From contig OX597830.1 in assembly GCA_951406725.2 (NCBI GenBank), positions 11,470,001 through 11,534,000 of the forward strand: a stretch of DNA of 64,000 nt, written 5' to 3'. Both the position numbers and the translations under genes were made by a program. The stretch comes from Octopus vulgaris. Lineage: Eukaryota. Numbering within the stretch: position 1 is the stretch's first letter; every line of letters begins with the position of its first letter. Below, in pieces: positions 26,789 to 39,833 of the stretch. The notes below the pieces were generated by a model. It was not told the DNA's origin and searched no databases. It saw nothing but the letters and a program-made list of their open reading frames with translations.

Positions 26789-28755
26789 CCATACACACCT
26801 TCTTATACGTATATGAAAACATACATAAACATATGTATATATCTGTATATATATATATTCATATATATCGGTCAATCTACCAATCTATGTGTATATCTAT
26901 CTGTCTATATATATCTATCTATACACACACACAGAGATATATATATATATATAATATATATAAAGTAAATAATTATATATATATACATACACACACACAT
27001 ATATACATACATGCATACAATTATTTTCAAGTAAAAACATACCCATATGCATATATCTATATACATTCACAGACATACACACTCCATGCATATGTATTTG
27101 TGTGTGCATGCATGCAGGTGTGTGTGTGTGTGTGTGTGCGCGCATGTGTGTAATCTTCAAACAAGTATGTGTGATTGATTATGTGAAGATTGAAAGCCAG
27201 ACAGTCCTTGCTAAGTGTTTTTGTCTCAGTTTTTTTTTTAATTTGTCTTAATAATAGAAGAAACATCGCTGAATTACATAGCATAAAAATTTTTTTGTAT
27301 TGTGTTGCATCTTTTAAGGTTTCTTTTTTTTCTTTTTTTTTTTAAACAGCTGACATTAATTTTCATCTCTTTAAAACTGAGGACAGCTGGGCATCAAACA
27401 AGCAATTTTAGTCCAGTAGAAGTCGTACCTAACCAATAATCTTGACAATGACCACAAATATTGAGAGCCGATGCTAGAGTCAACTGCAAAGTATAATGTG
27501 GATGACATTGTGTTTGCAAATGTGCATGTGTGTGTGTGCGTCTTTGTCTGTATGTGTGTTTGTATGTGCGTGTGCATGTGTTATAAATATAGATTAATAT
27601 ATATCTTAAACATACATATAAGTTGTATATGTCCGTGTGTGTGTGTGTGTGTATATATATATACATATATACATATATATATATGCATACACACACACCA
27701 CAGTACAAAACATACAATACTATCTATCTATCTATCTAGCTATATACACATATATATATATATATATATACATACATATTTATATATATATATGCGTGTG
27801 TGTGTATGTGTGTATATATATATATATATATATGATATAGACATATTATATTTATAGAGATTAAATAGATATTTCAATATTTACATGTTATATATATCAT
27901 GTGTGCATTACACACACACCGACACAAATATATTATGTATAGATATTAAATTCAATATTTATGTTATATACATTCATATACATATAACGTAAATATTATA
28001 CACATCATTTTTATGAATATATATGAATATATATATATATATATATCTTATATATTACATATGTACAACTTTATATATATAGTTTATGTATATGCTCATA
28101 TCATATATATAACATATATATAACACATATATAATATATATACACGCATATATATATATATATATATAAAACATAATATATATACACGCACACACACACA
28201 CATATATATATTATATATAAGATATTATATATATATATAATATATTATATATATATATATATATATATACATAGTTATATTATATATATATTCTATATAT
28301 ATACATCATCATCATCATAATATACATATTCTATATATACATATATATAATGTACATATATTTTATATACATATCATCTATCTATATCTACATTGTGTGT
28401 GTATATATATATATTTATATATCTGTGTGTTCATATGTATACACAAACACTCACACACATAGACACATGCATGCACATACACAGACACACACACACACAC
28501 ATGCACACACACACACACACAAACACTCACTCACTCACTCACACACACACACACAAACACTCACACATGTTATGCGTGTGTGCTTTGTCTTAATTTTATT
28601 TTTTTGGTGGCCACAGCAACAAAGAAGAGGTCGTAGTGAATTGGGTCACCATCTAACAACACAAGCCTCATCTATGAATTTTTTTGCATCCACAGGCTGT
28701 GTTTCTTGGACAACAATGCAGTGTGTCAAAGTTTAAGAGAGCTTGCTTGGTTTTT
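23200..28755 (-). other. Probable long 3' UTR of Rheb
   Basis: No recognisable SINE/LINE over ~5.5 kb downstream of the stop; U-rich on the minus strand; AATAAA on minus at ~23217, ~25111 and ~25421. The end is not determinable. Confidence 0.45.
26090..28570. repeat. Extensive low-complexity TA/CA/TG microsatellite region
   Basis: Directly visible in the sequence. Confidence 0.95.
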
Positions 28756-28839
28756 TTACGATACTACACAGCTAGTATCTTTGACAGACTCTTTCCTTTG
28801 GATGGCTTTTATTAACTGTGCAAAAACTTCTTCCACTGA
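28756..28839 (-). CDS. Rheb: Rheb last coding exon (SVEEVFAQLIKAIQRKESVKDTSCVVS*)
   Basis: Polypyrimidine tract and cag acceptor; ends in CaaX box CVVS then TAA; joined CDS is 543 nt = 180 aa plus stop. Confidence 0.93.
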   Translation of the reverse strand, partial: SVEEVFAQLIKAIQRKESVKDTSCVVS

Positions 28840-28881
28840 CTGAAAAAAAGAAAGAAAAAGAAACGTTAAAAGATTAATATA

Positions 28882-29278
28882 TCTTTATAAATAAAAGTAA
28901 GGTTGTGCGCTGTCTGTCTCCTACGATTTAGATTCCTAACTACTCCCACATTTTGCGGTGCAGTTTAACCAAAAGCGGGTATCTTATAGTCGTGATTCAT
29001 ATCGAGCCCTTCTGGGTATTAGCACGCGTCTACGATGAGTCTACGATTTTAAAAAAAATTTACCATCATTTCTTCCCATTTTTAATGCATTTTTGGCTAT
29101 ATATAAGGGAAGTAACTCTCTAAAAATGTATTATTAAATCTCAGAACGTAAAAAGCTACAGTAACACCCCCTCTTTGTGGTTAGCCATATTGAGATGGCT
29201 ATTATACTTTACATCTCTAAAAATGCTTATATAGTTATTTCCCTTACAAACCCAAGCAACGTCGGGCGATACTGCTAG
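28882..29278 (+). mobile_element. Non-autonomous Helitron (family 1)
   Basis: A|TC ... hairpin CTAG|T. Confidence 0.9.
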
Positions 29279-30497
29279 TATCTAATAATATATCTAAAAG
29301 ATTAATATAATGAAAAAATAATCAGCACTTCATCTGAAAACACACACTTACTAAAATATCAAAGAACCAACACATGCGTTGTTTCACAACTAGTACTGCA
29401 TCTGATAGTACAATAACTGATGCCCTTTCTGCATAAAACCCAAGCAGAAATCCATACAATACAAGACAGCCGACACAAAATATTTTGCTTAATCAAATCA
29501 AACCAAATCAAATCAGATATCAGAAAGCAGAACCAAAATCGAAGTCGATCAACATCAATGGAAATTGCGGCTGTGATACCAGTGCCGGTGACAAGTAAGC
29601 GAACCATCTGATTGTGGCCGTTGCCAGCGCCGCCCCGACTGGCCTCCGTGCCGGTGGCACGTAAAAAGCACCATCCGCTCGTGGCCGTTGCCAGCCTCGC
29701 CTGGCACCGTGCTGGTAGCACGTAAAAGCACCATCCGTTCCTGGCCGTTTGCCAGCTCCGTCTGGCACGTAAAAAGCACCCACTAGACTCGTGGAGTGGT
29801 TGGCGTTAGGAAGGGCATCCAGCCGTAGAAACACTGCCAGATCAGATTGGGCCTGATGCAGCCTTCTGGCTTCACAGACCCCAGTTGAACCATCCAACCC
29901 ATGCTAGCATGGAAAACGGACACTAAATGATGATGACGATGATGATGATGTTTTCTCTCTTTTGTCTGTCTTTATGTTCTGAGTTAAAATTTTGCTGAGG
30001 TTGATTTGCCTTTCATCCTTTTGGGAGGTCGATAAATTAAGTACCAGTTGCATACTGGGGTCGATCTAATCGACTGGCACCTTCCCCAAAAATTTTGGGC
30101 CTTGTGCCCAGAACAAAAAAGAATATGTTTTCTCTCTCATTCTTCCTAGCTTTTCATTAGAGAGCAGCTATGTTTATATTGATCCTGACCGATTGCAGGA
30201 TAGTATATGGAATGCTATACAAACCCATCTGATTGCTGTACTACCTGAGAATTAGATTTACAGTAACTCACATTTGAATCCTGTACAAATATTTATCTGT
30301 TGCTGGATGGAATACTTTTCGTTTATCCCAGCAACCTATAAAGGAACACTACTACTACTACTACTACCCTTGAAAGCAGTAACCCTGTATGACCGAAGCC
30401 AGTTAAAAATAACATTCTCCTTGAAATATACATTGATAATCTCAAGTTAATTGTTAATACAACTTTCCATGCACCTAATTGCAGTTGCCTATTTTCG

Positions 30498-30583
30498 GAA
30501 AGGATCGATGGGCCACACTTTCGCGGTCCGTATTCGTACTGAAAATCGAGATCGAGCGAGCTTTTGCCCTTTTGCTCAACGTG
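30498..30583 (-). pseudogene. 28S rRNA fragment (~85 bp)
   Basis: Minus strand reads ...CAAAAGGGCAAAAGCTCGCTCGATCTCGATTTTCAGTACGAATACGGACCGCGAAAG...CGATCCTT, matching a conserved 3'-half segment of eukaryotic LSU rRNA (recalled sequence). Confidence 0.85.
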
Positions 30584-30950
30584 TAATGAATCCCTTTTGT
30601 GTAAATAGAAGATTTCGTAAAACAATGACTAAATTATTTTGTTCATTGATTTTTGGTCTCTTGAACCATTGGAATTGCTCTGCACCCTAAACACGATTCC
30701 TCTACTCACCCAAAGAAGCAATACAGTACAGCTACTAATAAAAAACACAGTAAGTGGATTTTAACAACTATAAAATACTTGCAAGAGTGTGAATTTGCAG
30801 AGATATACAACCTACACCAGCATAAAGCAATACACATAAAGATTATATCTTTGCTGAGATAAATATATCCATGGACCTTTGCCATGGGTATGTGGGAAGC
30901 ATTAGACAAAGTTTGCAAGACAATGAAACATTAGTGAAGTGTAAACTTAC

Positions 30951-30980
30951 CCGTGAGCCTTTGATATCTTTTGTAGTTAC
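30951..30980 (-). CDS. Rheb: Candidate 30-nt cassette microexon of Rheb (VTTKDIKGSR)
   Basis: tgctttctttaattttccag|GTA...CGG|gtaagt; phase 0/0 inside phase-0 intron 7; no stop codon. Confidence 0.6.
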
Positions 30981-32522
30981 CTGGAAAATTAAAGAAAGCA
31001 TCGAGATTACAATGGGACAAACATTGACAGTGGTGACAACAGATTAATGGATGGAGAGATGAGGAGAAAAAGAAGGAGGGCTCTACAGATGGAAAAGACT
31101 TTCAGGTGAGTGTCATATCACTAAGGTAAGTTTGTTGGTGAGAAAAGATGTTAAAAGAGACAGGAAGAATTTAGTGGGAAAGATATTCTATAGCATAGAA
31201 GCCTTCATGTTAGAATGTTTAATATTGTCCTCACTTATACAGAGGTATGGCATGAGTTTGGGGAAAAATGGCAAAAAGGGGAAATAAGTGAAGGAAAATA
31301 TTGGGACACAACAAATGCAAATGGGAGTTAGAGTGGATGGGGTGAAGAAAGAAGGTCTGACTGAAAAAGCAAGCTGATAATTTTATTTATAATTTGGAAA
31401 GCATCAAATTTATAGATGATGGGCAATTAAAATTTGAGACGAGATATGAAATTAATATCTTCTCAAATTACAGAATGAAGCATTAGTCAAAACTAAAAAC
31501 AGTAAAAGAACAAAGTTGCAGGGAAAATTATAGGAAATTTGTCAAGAATTAGGGAATTATAGAGACACGTATCTTCCACAGATCTTCAATTTCAACTCTT
31601 GTCACAGGAGCAGAAAAGACCAACTTTAAGAAAACTCTGGGATTTCTAAAACTCCTTTCTAACAAAGGAGCAAGCATTGAGAGGAAACGGGAGTTGCATT
31701 AGTAATATAATAAAAAGGAAACTGTTATACTAAAGTGGACTTAAGTCACAGAGTTGGCCCAGCAACTAAACAGGACAAACGGTTTCTACAAAACAGGGCA
31801 AACTAAAAGATATTTAACATTTCTGAAACAATCTTGAACTGTTTAACCTATTAATTACTATTCAATGAAAGAAAAAAAATGCTAAACATCACAAATATTA
31901 TAATTAATATTCCCTGAGCAACTGAATTGTTGGAGTAGAACTGAAGATTTCTCTTCATAAAACAGTTTTAAAAAGATGCCTTATTGAGGTGTTTCCCACT
32001 TGATTTTCTAGGATCATGGAAGAATTAAAGCTCTACTAAATACTTATTAAATTACACAATGTTGCATCTACCTGGCAAACTATGATTCTAGTTTATAGCA
32101 AAGTATATTAGATCAATGATGATAATGATACAAGATAATAATAAGTTGGCACTTCACTTGGCAGAGGCTCTCAGAGAATCTTAGTCCCACTTCAAAATAT
32201 ATTCTTTACTGGTATTTGAAATCAATGAGACACATAATTCTTCTGGCCTTTGCAATTTCAAATATAATTGTTTTAATTGTTGTATTCACAATCATTATTA
32301 CCCGGTTCACTCTTACTTTCCTTTGGACTACCAGCTTTCTTACCACCTCCCTTCTTAATCTTAGCTTGTGGTAGTTCTTAGATCAAACAATGACTCCAGG
32401 TTTTAAGAAAATAGTATTGTATATGCAATAATGAATTTTAAAATTAAGAGAAGTAAAAAATAAAAATATCATATCTTCATATAAGGGTGAAAATAAGGAA
32501 TTAATATGGAACTGGAGATAAC

Positions 32523-32604
32523 CTCATCTGTTTTGGCAGATACTTCAAGAAAAGGAATTTCCCATTCGTCGGCAAGTTTTTTTCCGTCTTCCATTGTAAC
32601 TGCT
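32523..32604 (-). CDS. Rheb: Rheb coding exon 7 (RAVTMEDGKKLADEWEIPFLEVSAKTDE)
   Basis: tttcag acceptor, GAG|gttatc donor, 82 nt; G5 SAK. Confidence 0.95.
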
Positions 32605-32761
32605 CTGAAATAGGGAAAAGCAAGAGAATTAAAGAAGAACTTCAAAGTAACATACACTGTAATGAATCACTTTTGTGTAAACATATTGACAGAGAAGTAA
32701 AAGAAACTTCCACTCCTGCATGTGGAAATACTGATAGAGGAACACAACAGAATATCCCTTA

Positions 32762-34115
32762 CTTCATGTGAACATGTTGGTGGAAGAGCACCAGAAACAT
32801 CACCTCCTCCATGTGAATAGGTTATTTGAGGAGTAATACAAACATCAACTCCTAGTGGAGAAGGACTAGAAACATTAACCCCTCCATGTGAATATAATGA
32901 AGGAGCACTACCAACATCATCAGTTCCACCATGTGAACATGTTGGTGGAAGAGCACCAGAAACATCACCTCCTCCATGTGAATAGGTTATTTGAGGAGTA
33001 ATACAAACATCAACTCCTAGTGGAGAAGTACTAGAAACATTAACCCCTCCATGTGAATATAATGAAGGAGCACTACCAACATCATCAGTTCCACCATGTG
33101 AACATGTTGGTGGAAGAGCACCAGAAACATCACCTCCTCCATGTGAATAGGTTATTTGAGGAGTAATACAAACATCAACTCCTAATGGAGAAGTACTAGA
33201 AACATTAACCCCTCCATGTGAATATAATGAAGGAGCACTACCAACATCATCAGTTCCACCATGTGAACATGTTGGTGGAAGAGCACCAGAAACATCACCT
33301 CCTCCATGGGAATAGGTTATTTGAGGAGTAATACAAACATCAACTCCTAGTGGAGAAGTACTAGAAACATTAACCCTTCCATGTGAATATAATGAAGGAG
33401 CACTACCAACATCATCAGTTCCACCATGTGAACATGTTGGTGGAAGAGCACCAGAAACATCACCTCCTCCATGTGAATAGGTTATTTGAGGAGTAATACA
33501 AACATCAACTCCTAGTGGAGAAGTACTAGAAACATTAACCCCTCCATGTGAATATAATGAAGGAGCACTACCAACATCATCAGTTCCACCATGTGAACAT
33601 GTTGGTGGAAGAGCACCAGAAACATCACCTCCTCCATGTGAATAGGTTATTTGAGGAGTAATACAAACATCAACTCCTAATGGAGAAGTACTAGAAACAT
33701 TAACCCCTCCATGTGAATATAATGAAGGAGCACTACCAACATCATCAGTTCCACCATGTGAACATGTTGGTGGAAGAGCACCAGAAACATCACCTCCTCC
33801 ATGTGAATAGGTTATTTGAGGAGTAATACAAACATCAACTCCTAATGGAGGAGTACTAGAAACATTAACCCCTCCATGTGAATATAATGAAGGAGCACTA
33901 CCAACATCATCAGTTCCACCATGTGAACATGTTGGTGGAAGAGCACCAGAAACATCACCTCCTCCATGTGAATAGGTTATTTGAGGAGTAATACAAACAT
34001 CAACTCCTAGTGGAGAAGTACTAGAAACATTAACCCCTCCATGTGAATATAATGAAGGAGCACTACCAACATCATCAGTTCCACCATGTGAACATGTTGG
34101 CGAAGGAGCACTACA
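32762..34115. repeat. 165-bp tandem repeat, ~8 copies, open on the minus strand (ORF 32667-34205)
   Basis: Identical phase at 32881, 33211, 33541 and 33871 (2x165 steps); 55-aa translated unit with three SHGG sub-motifs. Confidence 0.97.
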
Positions 34116-34466
34116 AACTTCATTTATGTCATGTGAACTTGTTGCTTCAAATAAATTAAGGAAAAAAATCCAGTTTTGAATGCCACTTTGTAGTGATTTC
34201 TTCAACTTTGTTCTAATTATTCAAACCATTGTTCAACAACCTTCTTCTACTGTTCTGACCATCTTGGCAGGCTTTCTTATTAGAATTTCTTTGGCTTTCT
34301 TGCAAAAAGATCCTTCACTTGTTTTTTGATATTTTTTTTTTTCATTTTATCTAGTTTCAGCTCACGAGCTGTGGCCATGCTGGGGCACTGTCGTTCAAAT
34401 GTATATTGTTGAAAACAATAACTAAACTTAGTCATGAACTTAGAAAGCCAAAGTTTAATAATAATA

Positions 34467-35030
34467 TAATAATAATAATGAAATTATTGTATACAGTGCT
34501 CAGGTGCACCACAACTTGTCAGAAAGTGCGTATAAAGTATATGCAGTAATGTAGAAATGTCTGGAAAGCGAACAATGTATGAGTCAGATACATGCTTGTG
34601 TGTGTATGGAGGGGAGAAAATCAGGTGTAGTGTTGGCGAATCTCAGGAAGCATGGAAGTTTTGAAGGATGCAGTGCTCCGACAACTAACAACTGATGCCG
34701 GCAGTTTGTTCCATGCTTCAGCAACTCTCAGCGTGAAAAAATGTTTCCTAAAGTCATGGGAGCTGTGCTGTTTTCTGACTTTGTAAATATGTCCACGGGT
34801 GTTTGATGGGTGGAGTTTGAAAAGGTGCTCAGAGTTATTGTTTGTAAGATGGTTGATAATTTTATGGGTGTCTGCCAAGTCAGCTGCCAGACGTCGAAGT
34901 TTCAATGTGTCCATGCCCAGGGAAGTAAGGCGTTCAGGATATGGCAAATGCCTGATGGAGGGTATTCTTTTGGTTGCACGTCGTTGAACAGCTTCCAGAC
35001 GATTGATATCCTGGGCAAGATAGGGTTTAG
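34467..35030 (-). mobile_element. CR1-clade LINE 3' fragment (second family)
   Basis: LEAVQRRATK...YPERLTSLG...FFTLRVAEAWNKLP; (ATT)n tail; same family as 54868-56025. Confidence 0.92.
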
Positions 35031-36719
35031 TATATCGACACTGCTTATAATCACAATCCATACACACTTTCATGTTTCCAGACTTTGTTGTTATGCTTTG
35101 CATCACGTATTTTTCGGTAGATGGAAAGGTACATTATTTACATCTGATGGATATTTGTCCTCATCTTGTTTGTTGTTAACAATAATTTTCGAAATTATTA
35201 TTATTATTCAAGTCTGGAAACGAACTCGGAATCTTGGAGTTAGTATCATCATCATCATCATTGTTTAACATCAGCTTTCCATGCTAGCATGGGTTGGACG
35301 GTTCAACTGGGGTCTGGGAAGCCAGAAGGCTGCACCAGGCCCAGTCTGATCTGGCAGTGTTTCTACAGCTGGATGCCCTTCCTAATGCCAACCACTCCGT
35401 GAGTGTAGTGGGTGCTTTTTACATGCCAGACGAGGCTGGCAAACGGCCACGGTCGGATGGTGCTTTTTACATGCCACCGGCACGGAGACCAGACGAAGCT
35501 GGCAACAGCCAAATCCCATGCTGTTAAACACTACGCCATATGCCCAGAATTGAAAGTGATATCATCGTCATTGTTTAATGTCTGTCTTCTATACTAGCAT
35601 GGGATGGAGGGTTTCACAGGAACTGAGTCAACAGACTGTGCTGAGCTTCAGTGCCTGCTTTGGCATAGTTTGCCCAGATGGATTCCCTTCTTAACATCAA
35701 CTACTTCACAGAATGCCCTGGGTGCTTTTTTGTGTGGGACCAGCACTAGTAGGGTCACCAAGTAACTTGTGAGACAGGACCCCCTCAACTGAGTGGGGTG
35801 GGTGTTTTATGGAGGCAGGTGGCTTTATACCAGGTGATGAGAGATTAGTAGAGGAGATACATGGCTACCCCAGCTGAAAAAAAAAAAGTGAGAAAATGGT
35901 GATGCTGAAGTGTCAGGGTGTACACTCAGGGTACAGAAGGTGAATATAAGAAAATGGAACAGAGAATCAGACCTGATGAGTGGGTGGGTAAATTCACAAG
36001 AGTGTGTAAAGAGGGTGGTAGATGAATAGAGGTAAATGCAGTGAATGGTAAACAGAGGTGGGGGGCATGGTTAATGGCATATACCAACTTTCTGGAGGTG
36101 ATGGATAGAGAAAATAGGAATGGGTTAGGGAGTAATAGGTGGCAGTACAGATGAGGGGTGTGTGTGTTGGGGGTGCTGGAGAGAAATAAAGTGCTGGGGA
36201 TGAGGCCAGGGGTACATAGTGGTAGAAATAGTGATGGAGAAAGGTAGTGGGGGATGTCAGTGGAAGAGTGTACAAGGGAAATGAGTGTGTGTGAGAGGGG
36301 CATTCTGAGGGAAATAATGGGATTAGGGGTGGTATTGAGAATATGAGTGGTGAAAGGAAGTGGTTCTAGGGAAAGTGATAACAGATAAGTGGGGATGAAA
36401 TATGCACAGTTCTGCTCTCATATAATTACAGTGAGTGATTACACTCATGAAGTGGTTGGCGTTAGGAAGGGCATCTAGCCGTAGAAACATTGCCAGATCA
36501 GACTGGGCCTGGTGCAGCCTTCTGGCTTCCCAGACCCCAGTTGAACCGTCCAACCCATGCTAGCATGGAAAGTGGACGCTAAATGATGATGATGATGATG
36601 AGTGAATAGTGCTATAATCAGAAGAGTTATAGAGGGTGCTGAGGCATGAGGATGATGAGTTGTCAGGGAGAGACAGAGAAAGATTTGATGCCGGGGCATA
36701 AATATAAACAATATGCTTT

Positions 36720-37800
36720 CAGGACTTCATTCTTGCTGAGACAGATAAGTCTTGAGTACAGAAAATTGCCTGTCATTTGAGTCCTTTGTCATCTCCTCAG
36801 TGAGGCTCAGCATTTAGAGGGTATGCTTCATTACTTCATACCATATCTTCTTGGGTTACTTCTTCCACAGGTTCCATCCACATTTTGGCAATTGGTACTC
36901 CTTTATGCATCTGCCCTCATCCAAACACATCACACGATCATACCAGCACAGTGTTGCACACGACCTCTGATTCCTCTTATGCTCAATTTTCCTCTCATAT
37001 GCACATTGAAAATGCACATCCAGCTGAGCATGTGAGCTTCGTTTCTTACCTTTGCATGTCCTCTGCATTCATGGCTCACGTTTCACGACTGCATATCCTC
37101 ATGTAGTATTGCTACATGATTCATGTAAACAAGAATCATACAATCGGCCTTTCACTTTCAGAGAGAGGTGTTTGTTTCCAACAGAGGTAATTGTTTCCTG
37201 AACTTTCTGCCAGTTGGTCCTTCTTCAAGTCACTCCACTCCTCCTCCACTGCTAATTTGGTCACCAAGAAACAAACTGTTTTCTAACTCTAAGGATCCTC
37301 TTGGATATTAAAGAAAATCTATTTCTTGTGCATTCTTATTTTTTATTCCTCCTGCACACACAAAGTCCACTTTCTTTGTTAACCTTCTTGATATTACACA
37401 GCATCTCCCAGGCTTTGCAATGGGAACACCAGATGGAATTTCTATCTACACCTTTTTTTACGTGTCAAACAGGAGCATTTTCCTCAAGGGATTTGTGGTA
37501 TGTGTTTTCCTGCGTATCAGAACTTTGGACTTTGCTAAGTTAACTTTAATTCCAGGCCTGGAATTTCTTTCTAATTCTACTACAGAACCAGCTCTAAGAA
37601 GATTGACAGCACAGAAGAGCTCCCACCAATCTTAAGCTCCTCTTTTATAGCCTGAAGGGACTCAGAACCAAGCCCTGGTTAATCCCTAGCCGCATAATAA
37701 ATTCACTGCTGAAAACAGCACCCCTGTACATGGCTTGGATGGCTCTCACCAGCTATTTGTCTATTCCTAGCTTCTACAGTAACCACTAGATCAAGGAGTG
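36720..37800 (-). pseudogene. Old degraded RTE fragment
   Basis: Diverged similarity to 57100-58300. Confidence 0.6.
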
Positions 37801-38279
37801 GGGGTCACTATCAAAGTCTGGCAGAACCCAAACATCTCAGTAGTTTATGTACCTCAAAATTGCTGCAAACTCTCTGACAGTGTAGTGTGGGCTTTCATTG
37901 ATAGCAGTCGTGATTCTGTTGTCATTAGCAGTTGGTGGCCATCAAGAATGGTCTTTACCTTGGAGACTGAAATAATAAGCATTAAATTTTGCAAATCTAG
38001 TTCTGCATATCCTTTTACTTAGCACCTCTTTTCTATACACAGTAGATATCTCCCTGGTTGTTTGGGTGAAATTTTTTCCTTGTCTCTTAAGCATTTTCTG
38101 GTTTTTGATCCTTACTAAGTCATATGTTGTTTCTCATATTATGAAGAAAAGAAAAGAAAATGCTTTCCAGATAATTCAACATAACCATACCGTAGACTAA
38201 ATGTTAAGCTACATATACACCATATCTACTAACAACAGTAAATAAAGATACCAAGTATAATCCTCCAAAATGAACTTAC

Positions 38280-38327
38280 CTATCTTCTTCAAGATCTGTT
38301 TTGTTTCCAACTAGGACAATTGGAACC
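38280..38327 (-). CDS. Rheb: Rheb coding exon 6 (WVPIVLVGNKTDLEED-R)
   Basis: ttgcag acceptor, AG|gtaagt donor, 48 nt; G4 NKxD. Confidence 0.95.
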
Positions 38328-39399
38328 CTGCAACAATAAGATGAAATTGCAATAAAATATAACATGGGATGTAGCCAGTCGACTTATGCACACCTTTCCT
38401 TCTTGGGACACAAAACTCTACTCGTGAAGACCTGTTGAGGCAAGTGAGAATCGAAATCGATCAACATCAATGGAAATTGCAGCTGTGATACCAGTGCTGG
38501 TGGTACGTAAGAGAACCATCCGAACGTGGCCGTTGCCAGCGCCGCCCTGACTGGCCTCGTGCCGGTGGCATGTAAAGAGCACCATCCGATCATAGCATGC
38601 CTGCCCCGCCTGGCCCGTGCCGGTGGCACATAAAAAGCACGATCCGATCGTGGTCATTTACCTGCCCCGCCTGGCACTTGTGCTGGTGGCACGTAAAAAG
38701 CACCCACTACACTCACGGGGTGGTTGGCATTAGGAAGGGCATCCAGCCGTAGAAACATTGCCAGATCAGACTGGGCCTGGTGCAGCCTTCTGGCTTCCCA
38801 GACCCCGGTCGAACCGCCCAACCCATGCTAGCATGGAAAGCGGACACTAAACGATGATGATGATGAACATATCTATAGATATCTTTTGCAGTCAACACTG
38901 TATGCAATGACGAATGTAAATATTGCACCTACACAATATGCTCATGTATTTCTCAATTCCAAAGTACAAAGCAGCCAGGACCACATGTAGCAATGAGTCC
39001 TTTTCTAAGGTTATAGGGTAATTGAAAGAAGGGAGTATTTATTTGGTTGCCACTTCTGGTACATCAAATGACTGTGTAGAGATTTTCTTTAAAACGTAGG
39101 TATCTTGATAGGAAATGGAAACCAAATCTAAAACATAACTAAACTTCCTTTATAGGGTCATAGGTAGAAACAAGCTCACTTTTTAGCCTTTGTCTATTCT
39201 ATAATATTGCAAATTGAAAAAAATTTCCTTTGATATATTCAGGTCATATATAAACCCATGAAATCAAAACATCATATCAATATCTATGTTACTTGATAAT
39301 TTCCAATTTCAAATCTATTATAAAGTAGGGCCAGATGTTTATCTAGAATTCAGTAGTAAAAATGGAATTGTAGGAAAATAGAAACTTTTATAGCATTAA

Positions 39400-39620
39400 C
39401 CCTTTCATTACTGTATTTATTTTGAGATGCTCTGTGTTTCTCTCAATTACTTTAAATATAACAAAGAATTTAGTAAAATAACTTAGTTATCATTCAGCTA
39501 GTGTTAGAAACATAAATTGTGACAAAGGTTTGGTGGAAGATTTAAATTCAAAACTTATGAAAACAAGACATTTGTATTACAGAACCAGAGCCGGTTTCAG
39601 CCGGGTTGGTAACGAAAGGG
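39400..39620. mobile_element. piggyBac-type MITE (second family)
   Basis: TTAA TSD, CCCTTTC/GAAAGGG termini; second copy at 46293-46487. Confidence 0.88.
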
Positions 39621-39631
39621 TTAATACTTAC

Positions 39632-39688
39632 CATATTTTGCCTTTCATGTCACTTATCTTGTTGTAAATCAATTTGATAATATCAAGG
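39632..39688 (-). CDS. Rheb: Rheb coding exon 5 (SLDIIKLIYNKISDMKGKI-W)
   Basis: ttcacag acceptor, gtaagta donor, 57 nt, phase-consistent with neighbouring exons. Confidence 0.92.
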
Positions 39689-39833
39689 CTGTGAAGAAGG
39701 AAAAAAAAATTATTATAAATTAATGACACAGAAAATGTACAAAGGCTAACGATGTGCAAAATGAGTTAAATGCTTGCTATGCTAAGTGATTCGTTTAACT
39801 AGAGAGTAAAATACAAAATCCCATTGTTATTTC

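Noticed and set aside
30300-30720. Possible mitochondrial insertion around the rRNA fragment
   Set aside because: The rRNA piece is nuclear 28S-like, and the flanks gave no recognisable mitochondrial gene.
32469-32657. ORF-track starts and ends around Rheb exons (also 41063-41260 and 45328-45564)
   Set aside because: The ORFs run into introns; true boundaries are set by the splice sites.
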